Shown piece after piece: positions 37,504-51,410 of a stretch of DNA of 64,000 nt. The notes below the pieces were generated by a model that saw only the letters and a program-made list of their open reading frames with translations, did not search any database and was not told where the DNA came from. Source of the stretch: Podarcis liolepis. Taxonomy: Eukaryota. The DNA lies in NCBI GenBank assembly GCA_965112155.1, contig OZ218106.1. The stretch is one strand, 5' to 3'. Made by a program: the position numbers and the translations under genes. How positions within the stretch are numbered: the stretch's first letter is position 1; each line of letters opens with the position of its first letter.

Positions 37504-37737
37504 AGAAGAAGAAGAAGAGTTTGGATTTGATATCCCGCCTTTCACTCCCCTTCAGGAGTCTCAAAGTGGCTAACATTCTCCTTTCCCTTCCTCCCCCACA
37601 ACAAACACTCTGTGAGGTGAGTGGGGCTGAGAGACTTCAAAGAAGTGTGACTGGCCCAAGGTCACCCAGCAGCTGCACGTGGAGGAGCGGAGACGCGAAC
37701 CCGGTTCCCCAGATTACGAGACTACCGCTCTTAACCA
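37504..37737 (-). mobile_element. Young Squam3-type (Ther1/MIR-derived) SINE, extreme 5' end missing
   Basis: The reverse complement reads tggttaagagcggtagtctcgtaatctggggaaccgggttcg...gctgggtgaccttgggccagtcac...atatcaaatccaaactc(TTC)n; many CpGs retained. Confidence 0.9.
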
Positions 37738-37974
37738 TTTGACTTTGAACTATAACGCTTCAGTCCAGTACTTCTAGCCCTCTGCTGGAGTACCCTGGGA
37801 CAGCAGAAAATGCTGTGGGAGAGCACACTGCTTCTGATCTTGCAGTTTTGCTTTGGTGTTGGTCCGGTGAGACCTACTATATTTATGATGTTCTGTTGTA
37901 AGCTCTAGATGATTCATGAATGTCCTGGCGGCATTTGTCTATAGCAAAGAATGAAATATAGGATCAAATTTAAG

Positions 37975-38105
37975 AGCATGTGTGGAATACTGGTTAGAAT
38001 GTTGAGCAGGGCTAAGAAGCCCCAAGTTCCAGTTCCCATTCATCCATAAAGCTCACTGGGTAACCTTCGATGGTCACTATCTCTCAGTCTAGCCTAATTT
38101 AGAGG
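37975..38105 (+). mobile_element. Old MIR/Squam3-like SINE 5' part
   Basis: tgtggaatactggttagaatgttg...gctcactgggtaaccttcg...ctctcagtct. Confidence 0.65.
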
Positions 38106-39737
38106 TAGGGAGCAGAGTGATCTTAGATTTCAGTTTAAGTTGAACAAATAATTGGCCTGATCCAACATGGAATAGCCATATGTGAAATATCAAATGGGGC
38201 TCCTGTTCACAATGAATTGCATATACCTCGGAAGATGAGTGCTATCTGCATCTAAACTTTATGGTATGAGAAAAGATTGTTTATTTCTACCCATCTTTAA
38301 ATATGGAAAGACTGTGGATGGGGAAACTGCACACATCTCTTTTTGCTGCTCTACACTAATGTTTATGCACAACAGTTTGTTGACGATGCCTTCTCTGTTT
38401 TGGATCCACTTGGAGGAGGAGCAGAGAAAGAAAGGAGGACTAAGATGTAATTATAATCAAATAACATGATTTCCTTGTTTAGGAGCCAGGTAGACCACAG
38501 TCAATTTATTTTCTTAATTCAGTTAAGTAACTTATGTCTTTTGAAAGCTCCTTGACCCTGGCCATTAAATGTCGAAAAACATTTGTTTTTAAGATATGAC
38601 ATTTCACTATATAATCATCAGAGAATACATGGAAATTATAGGAGATAGATCAGGATGCAGGATCAGTTGAGTCATGAAGTAGCTGCCTCTAAGGGCATTT
38701 GGAAGAAGAGAAGGGTGTCCTTGTGATTGGCGTTGCTGCAAACTGGATTTGGCTGCTTTAGGACAGAAGCACTTTGCAATAGTGACAAATTGCTTTGCAG
38801 CAATTTGGGAAATGTTGAAATATGGCTTGCTCAAATATAACCTTGGGAAGGAATCTGAAAATCCTAGATAATGTATTTGTATTTTCCTATCACAGTGTCT
38901 CAAAGCAAAAGGACCCATCAACCCATGCTCACTCACACTAGACAAGCTTAGTCATTTGAGCAGCTTTTGAACAGCTTTGTTCGCATTAGTGAGATTGCTC
39001 GCATACGTCTGTGGGAGGAGACAATATGGCCATATAATTGTATGCTAGTTCATCGGTTTAAATATGTGACATAATGGTAGACTGGAAAGCAGGAGGAAAT
39101 AAATACTTTCTGTAGGATATGCAAATTTGAAATCCAAAGTCAAATATAATCATTTCAGAGTTTTAAATCAAAGAACACACATTTATTTGTGCCAGTTGTG
39201 AAATATACACCACAATTTTTAGAAAGTCATTTCAGAATGGTTTCCTTTCTGACAAAAATCGTAAGTGCAGACTCCTGTGGTCCACACCTGAGCACCATCC
39301 AGCATCATGGCACTGAAGCATCAGGAAATGCCTTGGCTCAGTCTGCTACAGAAAATCATGCATGGCAATTTCCACACACATACTGTAAGTATTTTCCCAC
39401 TAACAGAAACCTTTTCCCATTTCTGCAGAGATTCCTCTGGGAAGTGACTGAAATGAACTCCAGGATTGCACCCAAGACCTTCTTCCCTTCAAATTCTAAA
39501 CATAAGTCATTACAACACAAGACTGTCAGATGGTTTCTCTTCTAACCATATAGTAAATGTGAGTAGGTGGAAAGAAGGCTTTAAAGTGTATTCAGTTGAA
39601 CACGCCTAGAATCCCTCTTCTTAGTGTGCTACCACTAAGCTACAGTTCTTTCCCCATCTGCATTATCCATTATTTGTAAAGTGGAACATGGGCAACCTTC
39701 AGTTTGTGTCACTAAATGTAAAAATATGCTTATTTGG

Positions 39738-40008
39738 AAAAGAGGAGACTGAAAGGAAATATGGACGCCATCGTCAAATATCTAAAGGGCTGTCCCATGG
39801 AAGACAGAAGCTTGGTTTTTTCCTGTTCCATAGGGTAGGATCCAAACCAATGGCTTTAACTTACAGGAAACGAGATTTCCATTAGGCATCAGGAAGAATT
39901 TTCTGATGGTGAGAGCTGTTCAACAGTGGAGGAGACTCCCTTGAAAGGTAGAGGACATTCTTTGCAGGTTTTTAAGCAGAAGTTGGATGGCCATTTATGA
40001 TTCTATGA
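39738..40008 (+). mobile_element. CR1 LINE 3' fragment with deleted 3'UTR
   Basis: Homologous to 5780-6050; ends atgattctatga. Confidence 0.85.
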
Positions 40009-41610
40009 ACTACAGTCCAGAGCACACAGAAAGGGCAATAAAGTTTAGTTTGAAAGCAACGCTTTTGCAGTCAATATTCCAACTCCAGAAGGACTTTAGT
40101 AACAGTTTCAGCTAATATGAAGCAAGAAGATTTGATAAGATACCAGAAATTATGGCAGTCTACCCACCCACAGCCTTCTTCCCTTCAAATCCTAAACATA
40201 ATTCATTGTCAGCAAAAGGCAGGGCATATAATATCCAGTTTACAAGATTTCTTTTAATAAAAAAGTGATGGGTAGATCCAGCATCTCCAACTATTAAATC
40301 ACATGGAAACCTGGCGTACTGATTAAAGCTAATGTTCATGCTGCAACACCAGAAACATGCTCAAAAATAAAGTTGGGAAGAACATAAATCAAATTTAAAA
40401 TTGTCCAGTCCAAAGACCTTCATTTTTCATGAAATATAGATTAATATCACCGGGTGAAATCAATTCACCGTGGACTGGGAAATGGCAGCTAAAAAGTTAG
40501 AAAGTGTCATAAAGTTTTTACTATTAGCACTCTAAAATAATTACGTTTTCTTATCAGAAGGTCTGGAACTGAAAGGGGTGGTTGTGTCACCATGTTGATT
40601 GGTTCCATCACATGGGATTACCTGAAGATAAATAGGTAAGTAGGTAGGTAAGTAGCCAGGCTCTCTTTCATTTTGGTCTAGCCAAGAGTTAATATAAGTG
40701 AAGGTTATTCTGTTCAAAAAATGTACCGTATAGAACCATTACCAATAATTTCCATGTACTTAACCTCGGATCTATTAGATGTAATTCATCAGTAGCCACA
40801 GCAAATGGGTTTGCTGTATTTAAAGGCTGTGGGTTTCAAATGGCTTTCTGAGCCAGTTAGCGTGGATGTTTTGAAATAGTATTAGACATTCTGGCGGGAA
40901 AGCATTTCTAAATAAGAAGCTTCAAGCATGCTATTTCACACCTGAAAACAGAAACTTCTAGTAAGAATTTTATTTTTAAAGGATATACTGTACTGCAGTT
41001 ATATGCATATCAAGGAAAGGTAAAGAGAAGTAATAAACTCACATTCTAAGGACTCAAATTGATGAGGTGCAGGATCCATAACTGGGTCCTAAATCTATGT
41101 ATATGTTTCTGTGTGGTTTAACTAAAAGCTAATGTAAGTGGCCTACATTTTGATCAAAACACAAGCACTGAGGGAAAGTGGCATGTAACTTCCCTATTCA
41201 CAGTTTTTTCGATTCTTTCAAAGGTATTAACCTCACTGGACAGGGGAAAGCAAATGCCTGCCTCACACCTGCATTCCCCCCCCCCCTGCACTAAAGCTAG
41301 TAGCAACTTTGAGGTATGAGGCATTTTTGATAATAGAAATGTAGCTGTGGTCCATGTCATATTATAAGCTGTCGCAAATTATCATTGCAGTAATTAGGCC
41401 AGTTAGCATTGTCACCGTCATTCAAGTCAGGCAAAATGCCACCTTCTTTTGCAGACTTTGCAGGACTCTTACTATCTTGACGTCCTCTTTTTCCTACGTG
41501 TGTTTTCCAGAAAAATCTCAAATTTGTGAAACTTCTGTCTTATAGATTGTATCATTTGCAGTAAGAGCACCACATTCAGCTCCCTCAGTGTTAGTTTCAA
41601 CAAGTGTATA

Positions 41611-41836
41611 GAGTGGTACCTCGGGTTACAGACGCTTCAGGTTACAGACTCCGCTAACCCAGAAATAGTACCTCGGGTTAAGAACTTTGCTTCAGGATGA
41701 CAACAGAAATTGTGTTGCGGCAGCGCAGCAGCAGCGGGAGGCCCCATTAGCTAAAGTGGTGCTTCAGGTTAAGAACAATTTCAGGTTAAGAACGGACCTC
41801 CGGAACAAATTAAGTTCTTAACCAGAGGTACCACTG
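41611..41836. mobile_element. Tigger-like MITE (second copy)
   Basis: TA TSD, TIRs (g)agtggtacctcgggtta / taaccagaggtaccactg; near-identical to 7474-7715. Confidence 0.92.
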
Positions 41837-42329
41837 TAGTCATATTCTTGTTCTTCAATTGCTTTCTGTGTACAAAGATATTTCAGGAGGAACCCCTCTC
41901 GCTTTGCTTGATCCTTAATGTTTTCTACCTTTTGTTTGTCACCTGAGCTCCAGATGGTCGGGGTTTTTTTATCTGCCATAGCTTACTAGAAAAATGAATG
42001 TATTTTCAAAATAAGGTTAAGATGTGGCTGTAAGTGCATTTTCACTTATTATGTGTATGTATTACCTAACCTCCAAACAACTCTACAGTCTATTTCATAT
42101 ATACATAAAAAATATAATATATGAATTATCTCAAAAAGGATAAAATATAAACTGAAAATAAAATATAATCTGAAATTTGTAAGCTATAACAAAAACTAAT
42201 CTGTATAAACTGTGCGCCTCAAATGTCAATACTGTGCTCTTCCGAGTTCTGAGCCCTTGGCAGCTGCCTAGTTGGCCAATGATAGCACCAACCCTGCTGC
42301 TACCTTTGATGAAGAGTGGGCTTGTAGAG

Positions 42330-42690
42330 CAGATTCCCATACAAACCTTCCGGAAAGTAATGATCATATTTGATGGCCATGAGGTTAGGAAATGGCAACC
42401 AGGGAAAGAATCCTTCCCAGCTGTAGCACTCCATTTGAGAAAGGCTGGAGACTTGGCTAGGGCCAAACTTTGAATCATTCCAGCAACAGATGAAGACATT
42501 TTTATTCACCCAGGCTTTTTAATACCAGCCTTTAATGCCTGCTAAATGTACTATATGTGCTGCTGTTGCTTATTTGTTCTGCTGCTTTTAGTTGTGTTCT
42601 ATTATGCTTTATCCTTGACTACTTTTAATGTTGGATTGCAGGCTACCCTGGGAGTTATGAAGCTGAAGGGTTGGGTAGCAAATAAACTGG
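42330..42690 (+). mobile_element. Degraded L2 LINE 3' end
   Basis: gaagacatttttattcacccaggctttt at the ORF2 end; L2 tail ggctaccctgggag...gaagggttgggta. Confidence 0.6.
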
Positions 42691-43460
42691 AATACATCTG
42701 CAAATAACATATTTTTTTCTTCAGGTTCACCTCCTGGTCAGGGAGCTTGTCTGAAATGGTTGCAATCACTCCCCCCCCCCCACATAAACACACAACCTTC
42801 CCCATAATTGTTGCTTTAAAATTAGAATCTCATAGGAGCTTTTAAGTTTGTGTGTCTATGTTACAAAATTAAGACATTGGGATCATGAATCTCATGTGTC
42901 AATGTCTTGGGGGGGGGGCTAACGGGAATCATTCATCTAATTTCATTGTTGCTGTCTTTTTATCGTTATCCTAAATATCTATGAAATCTCACAATGCCAT
43001 CTAGTTAATTTACTTAATATACTTTTCCCATTTGGATAAAAAAGGTATACTCTTAATAAGTGAATAAACAAACAAATTGCTATGTATTTTTTCCCTGCTT
43101 CAAGAAACAGCAAAACAAAGCAAGGTCACTTTATAGCAGGGGCCAGGGAGCTGGGTGCCTTCATAACATTGCTGGACTTCAGGTGGGGCTGATAGAAGCT
43201 AGAGTCCAGTGGCACCTGGAGAGCTGCAATTCGGCTGTCTCTGCTTTTTCCCTCATGAGCCTCAATTATGCTGGGCTAACAAAGAAATCCCCTTCCTTCT
43301 CCAAAATCTTGTCTAGTTCCAGAACAAAAAAACTGGTAGCACATGATAACATGGTGGTTCACAACTGGCCGGCCATTGGCAAGAAACTGCAGCACAAATT
43401 AAAAGCAGAATCTCCAGCGCTTACCATATTGTCTTATGAATTTGGCAGCACAAATACGCA

Positions 43461-43607
43461 TAGTGCTCTTTTTCTGGGGGGAACGCAGAGGTACGCATAC
43501 CCCTAAACATTTTGCGAATCTAAGTTTGGCCTCATTGAGGAGAAGTATTTCAATGCGTGTAGGAAAATGAGAGTACCCCTAGACATTTTTTTAGGAAAAA
43601 AGCACAG
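43461..43607. mobile_element. hAT MITE; internally deleted copy at about 52009-52102
   Basis: Termini tagtgctcttttt / aaaaaagcacag; both copies share gtacgcatacccct and gtaggaaaatgagagtacccct. Confidence 0.75.
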
Positions 43608-44788
43608 GGTACTTATATGTGTGGCACTGAAATTTTGAATGGCAACACCTGTGTACCAACACTTAACAGTTATTCCTATAGCCTACTAGCAGATGTTGAT
43701 GGTATTGCTAAGTGAGAATGGAGGAAGGGTTGTGTTAGGGCTTCATAGTGCAGTTCCCACACTATGACACAGGGGAGTGACTACTGTGCCCAACATGGCT
43801 GGAGAGCAGTAAGATCATTGATCTACAGGTTCTGTTGCATCTGCAGCATGCAGCTCCAATCTGCCTCAACTTCCTCCACTGGTGGCCAGCAGCATCCACA
43901 GGAACTTCACTCATCCTCTTTCAACTGTTCAGTGCCAGCAGCCATGTTGTACATTCTTCTGCCCTCCCCACATGCGCCACCAGAGGAGGGATGTCAGAGG
44001 AGGGTCAGCACTAGGACAAGTCAATGTGAATGATGCTGAAACAGAGGTGCTTATTCTTTTTTCATTTCAACACAATGCAATTCGTTTAAACCAGGTACAT
44101 TGCTGAAAGCTTGCCCACTTTACTAAGATGAATGGCTGAACTGAAAAGGGCTTCTGGGGGAACAAAATGTTGCTGTTGTCAAAGCTGTTTAAATGATTGT
44201 TCCATTTTTGCTATAAAAAAAATTCAGTTAAACTTTCAACAAGTTTTCGTGTTATGGTGTTGCTCCAGAAACAAACATTTTCCCCACCTAATTTCCTAAC
44301 TGGCCAGCCAGCTGCTCCCAAAGGTGGTTCCAAAATGTGGTTGCAATGCACAGTGCAATTGGAACATGGTGTTAGAGGTGCCTATTTGACTGTGTGATTA
44401 AATGGCTAATGTGAGGGGGAAAGATTGCTACATTTGGTTTAGCTGAATTTGACATTGACATTAAGCAGTGGTACATTGAGTTAAGTGCATAGCACACAGT
44501 CAGAATAATGATTATATTAATAGACAGCACAGACAAAAATCGGTTTCATCTGTAAACAAAGGTTTTCATCTCAACCTGTCCAACCTAAATATCACTTGGC
44601 AGTGGAGTGTAGGAAATAATGTTCTGCATGTTCAAACATGCAGTCATAACCCATTTTTGTCATAGTTCTAGTTTTTCTGTACCCTTCACTTCCTGTGGTA
44701 ATGTCTAGGGGTTCAACTAGCTGGCTAGGGTTGATGGGAGTTTTTACTAATCCATCAACATCTGAGGACCCAAGGCTGAAGAACATTG

Positions 44789-45201
44789 TGTTATGATATT
44801 GGTGTTCTGTTCCACCTTAAAAGGAACAGACATGATTGTTGTATGTCACATGTCTGTTTACTCTCCAGCACAGCTTGCTGGGAACTTCCGTTTGTGTATA
44901 GCTTTTGGTTTTTGTTTCCTGCTCTTGGACATGCAAGAGAGCAGACATGTTTTCTTTGTCCTGAACTATGCTGAATAAACTGCTTGTAAATATGCTTCAC
45001 ATATGCCTCTGTCCGCCACTTCTGTTACGTGTTATTCACTCTGCTGATTAAGGTGTGCTCAAGTTTCTGAAGGCTTTTGAAGCTGTGTGCCGCTGTTTTG
45101 ATGCTCTTCCAAGGACCAGAGTTCGCCTGGCTGCCAGCTGGTGGGCTGGAGCCAGCTGGGGGCCTGCAAACTGCCCCCGTTCCCTTGGACACATCCCAAC
45201 A
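44789..45201 (+). mobile_element. Probable solo LTR
   Basis: TGTT...AACA termini, about 410 bp, AATAAA at 44974; flanks cattg/ggttg match only 3 of 5. Confidence 0.55.
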
Positions 45202-48200
45202 GGTTGTACCAATGCAATGATGTTGTCTTCTCCCTTTACGACAAACATAGCACCAGTAAGACTGGCTGTTGGAGAGGCCAGGCCAGAGATCCAAACTGAA
45301 GGTTAGCCTTATTGTTCTTGTCCCATCATATGAACCTGAATGAAGTCCACTAGAAACTCAAGTTATTACTATTCACCCTGCAAAATAAGGAACATTAAAA
45401 GAACAAGCAGAAACACCACTTGTAAAGAACCTACAAGAGTCTTTTGGGGGAAAGGGGTAATAATAAATCTGAACTTAAAACACAAATATTAAATAGCGCA
45501 AAGAACCTACGGATCATTTTCTTTTTGTTTTTTTAAAAACCCTTTGGAAATAAAAACAAAAGGTATTGAAGGAAGTATAAAAGTGTGAGCAAAGCATGCT
45601 GTTGCCTTATACTCCTTAATATGCACAGGCCTATTAATTGAAGCCCTACATAGCACAGTCAACACCATGTTCCCCCTAGCAGTAGAAATTCTTCCCCACA
45701 GTGAACTCAATGAGTTCTACCAGGGACTTGAATATTGTTTTTGTGTTGGAAAAGCACACAGCTGATTCAGGAACCCAGTGTTTTCACTTCAAGGGTGTGC
45801 TGTTCTTATAGAGAAATTACACTTTCCCAAAAACCAAACACAGTATTTTGTTCCGATTTTGCCCCGCCCCCCACCAATTAAGGGACCTATTTGATAGCTT
45901 GTGCACCATCTTTAAATACAAGTGCCAAGGACAACTGTTGCCTACAGTACATGACATCATGTGATACAATTCCTCTTATTCCTCATTTTGTGGTTTTTGT
46001 GACTATATATGAACATGAAACACATAATACAAATGAACTGCCTTATCCAGTCTTAGGGAAGTCCTGTCTACCATTGTAAATTCCCCTTCTGCTGTAAAAT
46101 TGCTCTAAAAACACCTTAACGGAGAAATGTGGTGCATGTATAGACCACCTAATTTCAACTACCTATGTTTCAGACTACCCCAGCAAATTCCATTTCTATC
46201 AGCCCAAGGCTTTATAGTTTCCGTGAGTCAAATATTTTGTTGTAGCTGTGCATTGCTTGCTCTATACTGGACAGGGATGGATAGATCTTTTGAAAGGGAG
46301 ATCTCAGAAAGCTGTTCCCATTTCAATTTGATCCAGAGACCCATGCAAAACTGGATCAGGTCTTATAAGGGAAGGGGCTTCCTTTCCACCCCGCAGACTG
46401 GATGCAGGCATCAACAGGTGCCAAAGAAAAAGCACTTCAGTTTACAACTGATAAAAGTACACTCAGTCCATACAACGTGCTCTCAAACCTTATGACGTGT
46501 TGCAATTATACGGAACAAAGTACCACTATCCTCTGTTTTATGTGCAATGCATTGGCTACAGAGGAAAAAATGCTACTTAGTACTTAGAAATATCCTTCTC
46601 TGTTTCTGTAGCCAAACTCTACCCATGTAAATACTACTGCATTCAGTGGGGCTTATTCCCTAGAAAGTACACACAGAATTGCAGTGTAAATGTCTCTTTC
46701 AGTTTCCCTCTAAATATCTACTACAGTTCTGGTTGATGTTAGAAACTGCAACAAAGGTGAGCTCAGCTGGAGCGGACAAAACACCCATCAAGTCCAGCAT
46801 CCTGTTCTCTCAATGATCAACCAGATGATTCTGGGAAGCCCAGAAGCATGACTTAAGCGCAACAGCACTCTCCCCACTTGTGTTCTCCAGCAACTGGTGT
46901 ACAGAAGCTTACCGCCTCCAATTAGTAGCCATTGATAATCTTACTCTTCACGAATTTGTCTAATCTTTTAAAGCTATCCAAGTTGAAGCCATTCACATTC
47001 CAACATTTTGTGGTAGAGAATTTCACAGTGTCATTCAGACAGATGTTTTCCCCAGTCCTGCCTGTGATGCTATGGACTGAACCTGATATATTTTGCATGC
47101 AAAGCATTTTTAAAAAGATGTTGTTGTTGTTGTTGTTATATTACTTCAAAAAGGAGATGAACTCAAAGTGACTTACAAACACATATCCTGTCCTTCATCA
47201 TAGGTGATCTCAGGGCATGTAAGAAAATTTAAGATACAATGAAAGAGAAAATAAGATCCCGTTAAAACAAATATAGTATAACTCTCCTCTGTTGTCATGC
47301 TGGCCATATGCTCTACTGCTGCACAATAGCCCCTAAAAAAAGTGTTTGAAGGTTGACCTAAACAAACCTATCAGGCACATTTTTACTATAGTGCTCCAAT
47401 ATAGAATATAACACTAAGTGGTTTAACTGAAATATAGACATTTCTGAGAGTGGTTAAGTTTGTTGTCTCTGGCTACAAACCCAGATTATAGAAACCTCAG
47501 TGGGCTTGTCACACATCCAGGGAATGAAAATCTTAAACTCCATTTGCTATTAAATCCAGATGTTGGTTAGCTGAAAGTGCATAAACTGATTATTCCTCTT
47601 TTCCTTGTGGTGCATAATATATTAAATCCTCAACATTGTTTTTTAATAAATGGGCATAGCTGCAATACAACAGCAAATGAAATATCTTGAGAAGAAGATG
47701 CTTTTGAAACATACATGCAATCATGCAAAACGGAATGACAAACCTGATCATGGTTGGATATAACAGTAAGAAATTCCTGAAATAACCCAGTGCTACATCT
47801 TTAGCTTGTCAAAAGAGATTGCCACATAGCAGAGGAAAGAAAGGTACTTATCTGGTCCAAAGGCATGGTGGGAAAATGAAGCTGCTAGCCTCTGGCTAAG
47901 GATGCTGCAGTTATCTGTGAAAAGAGATATTCATGGTAAAATACGAAGTTTTGCTGGGTCAGGGTTCTTCTCTTTGGCCCACAACGTAGGATGTGGGCTT
48001 TGGAATGAAGAAGCAATACATGGGACAAGCAGATGCAATGTGGAATGTGTCTCTTGAAGGTGCATTTGTTTTGTGCTGTTTTTAGCTGCTGGGTGAGGGG
48101 ATTTTTGCCCCAGTCCTCATTAAAATTTTCCCCTCCAAAGCTGCTGCTTATCTCAGAAAGGAAGCATCCATTGGTGCCAATGGAAGAGGGCTCTCCTGGG

Positions 48201-50695
48201 ACTTTTGGAGAGGTCATGGACTTCATCAGGACCCTGGCAGGGAAGCAAAGGCTCATTCCCCTGTTCCCCACACAATGTTGTCCTGATACAAGTCCCACCT
48301 CCTGCAGTGACTATTAAAAGTGCCACACAAATGCAACATCAAGGGACCCATTTAGCATTATGTATGGTTTAGCACACAAGTAATGTTCTCGTGAAGTCTA
48401 ACTATAACTGAATTTGCTCCCGTCCTTCCCTTGCTATCTTTGTTCCTCCCCACTTTATGTCCTCTTGTCTTTCTCTTCCCTCTCCTCCCTATGTTCATCT
48501 ACTCTTCTGTCAAAATTTAGACCCGAGGTTCCTTGGGGCAAAGACATTTTTGTTCATGAAAACACATTATACAGTATATAAGTATGTAAACTGTTTGATA
48601 TGTCTCAGCTGTTAGGGGTGTTATCCACTGTTATCCTCAGAGAAGACCCATCAATATGAATGGTCTACTCTAATTTAGTTGGGTATCACCCTAGATGTAC
48701 TGGAAGACGCAGCATGCTATGCATCTGCTCAGACCCAGTACAAATCTTTGATCTGTGTATCCCCAGCCATATTAGCAATTACAATGCAATAAACGTTATG
48801 GAACTGCCAGCACTTTCAAGTTCTTGCCAATCCTTACAGCTCTCTGAAATTCATTCAGTAGATTAGTTAAAACATTATAGAGAAGTTGGAGACGATGACA
48901 AAAGCTGATGACAACAACATTTGTCTGGCCCTCTTGAAATTATTTGAAAAACTGGAGGTCGTGTACGGTCTTGAAGCAAAAGTTTTATTGCTTCTTAAGG
49001 AAACATTTGCATCTCTAATAGCAACCCAATTGTGTGTCACTAACTCAACTGACTGAGTCAGATTTGTGCATTGATTCTGTCCTCATCTGCAGACTCAGAG
49101 CAGAGGATAGTTTGCGATCAGTGTTTTACATGAGAAAAAGGTAGGGCAGGTGGTGAGCCAGGAGCCAATGCAATTGAATACATGTCTATGTGCATTCAGG
49201 AAAGAGCTTTCAGGATGTCACAACTGCTGAAACTCTTTGGCTATGCAGTAGCATTCTGGAACAGCTGGTTGCAACTTCCAGTAAAACCTTTGCCAAAAAT
49301 AGGGAGGGTGCTGTGTATTCCTTTACAGCTCAGCACTAAAGGGGGGGGGAGAAAAACTTTTTCTTTCTTTCTATAGCCATGGTCTGATCCTAACAGTCTA
49401 CATTCTTATGCTGAGAACTTTGTTTTGAATTTGATACTGTTGTGATTTTCTGTGGTTATATATGCTTTTGAAATGTTTTTCACCTTTGTTAATTAGGTAC
49501 TGGTTTTGCCTTGGTTTTGTCAGCTGCACTGGATCTCTTTAATGAGAGAAACATGGAATACAAGTATTTTATTAAACTAACAAAAACAACAAGCTTTTTC
49601 ATCACTACCAGTTGCCTGGGAACTTGGGCATTCCTCAAAGGATGGTGGTGATTCACAAGGTAATCTGCCCTGCGTGTTATAGCCATGGCACAAAGCACTT
49701 GCCACAGAGAGTCTGTGATAAGTATAATGTGCTCAAAGGCCTTTAGATTTCAGAATCCTTTTTGGAGTGCTACTGGTAATGGAATAGAAGGTACGACAGC
49801 TTCTTCTGAATGATAATTTGCATTATTAACACAGATTCAAATGCAGTTGAAAGGCAAGGAACTTGGGGCAAATAAAAAATAATCCGTATGATCTAGCATT
49901 TCCTTTAAAGGCCTCTTAACGTAAGCCATTCAGACATATCAGGGTGGTTTCCATCAAGCCATAGATCACTGGTGGTGAATGATGCACAAGCAGAGGTCAG
50001 TGCATGGGTTAAGAACTCAGCAAATATAATGCTGGACTGCATAGAAGTTATTTATGTGCACATAGTGTTTTATTTAAACTGGCTCTAATGCTCCTTGTTT
50101 TACTGTTTTCATGGTCTTTCCACTGAAAGTGGTAAACCAGCTGTGAGTAGAGAGAACACCAATTTTACTGGGAAAAGTGTATTCAGATTCTCAGCTGTCT
50201 AGAGTATGCATAAAATCCAAACTGTAAGAACACTGCACTTTTAAAGCCAATTTTCAGAATATTAAATGAATGTTTTTGACAGAGATTTGAGCTTATGGTG
50301 GGTATAAGTGTTCATATCAGTGCTCAGCTTTTGGTGACATAGCTTAAGAAAATGGGTTGGAACTCAACTGTATTATTTACTTTGCAAAAATGGGAATTCT
50401 GAATTTTAAAAATGTGAGATATAATATTTACTTACTTACTTATTCATGAGATTTACTGCCCTTTACTAGATGGTCTCAGGGTGTAAGTACATAGATTGTT
50501 AAAATGACATAGCGTGATTGCTCTTTTGGGTGGCCAAACATTGGAACAGGTTTTCTCAATGTCTTCATATATAATAAAAATATAAGGCTGTCACCATATT
50601 GGCTTGTTTGGACATCAATAGGCTGCTATGCCAAATCTAGGTGATGAATGGCAGATGGGCAGGTGAGTAAGCAAGCAGCATGTCAGAAAACCACT

Positions 50696-50729
50696 GGGTT
50701 GGGTTGGGTTGGGTTGGGTTGGGTTGGGG
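50696..50729 (+). repeat. (GGGTT)6GGGG tract with G-quadruplex potential
   Basis: Seven G3-4 runs with 2-nt loops. Confidence 0.9.
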
Positions 50730-51410
50730 TGAGCTGTGAGGCATTGATGAGAGGCAGATTAGGTGTAAAGAGTAGAATTATGTTTTATATACTATTCTCG
50801 GATGGAGATTCTTTGAAAGTTTGAAAGTGTATAAATCCTGAAATGAATTAAAAATACCTCCTTTCTCAACTAACTTGAAGTCCTGTTGCTCATGAAGCCA
50901 AATTCCCTAGTCAGTCAATGAGTCCCTCAGATATAGCACACTTGTTTTGTATCAGAGATCATCAATTTCATGCATGAAATGTATGCAAATGCATGTGTGA
51001 GATCGAATTAAGGCAAAATTTTTGTGGAAAAAATACAAGGTCTGCTGGATGAGTCCAATTGCCCATTTTAGCCCAGCACCCTATTCTCACAGTGGCCAAC
51101 CAGATGCCCTAAGAAAGAGCCAAAGCAGGACCTGATAGCAACATCACTCTCCCTACTTGTGACTCCCAGTAATAGACACCCAGAGGCATCTTGCCTAGTA
51201 GCCATTGAGAGTCATATCCTCCATGAATTTGTTGAATCGTCTTTTGAAGCAATCCAAGTTGGTGGCCTTCACTACCTCCTAAGGGAGCAAATGCCATATT
51301 TTAACTATGTGAAAAAGTCCAATTATTGCCCAATGAATAAGATGAAACAGTAGCTCCTCTAGTTTGTGCAATTCTTTTATGCTTAACTAGTTAGTTCAAA
51401 CACAAAGCAC

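Noticed and set aside
40630-40656. Two AG|GTAAGT donors
   Set aside because: By-product of a degenerate (TAGG)n repeat; no upstream exon
40760-40960. Strong minus-strand acceptor tttctgttttcag
   Set aside because: All three frames hit stops within about 35 nt
43060-43506. 148-aa ORF
   Set aside because: GTG start, no known motif, and it runs through repeat fragments
45861-45878. GC box plus CCAAT
   Set aside because: Isolated motifs with no CpG island or other promoter context
50696-50729. Interstitial telomere
   Set aside because: The unit is GGGTT, not the vertebrate TTAGGG
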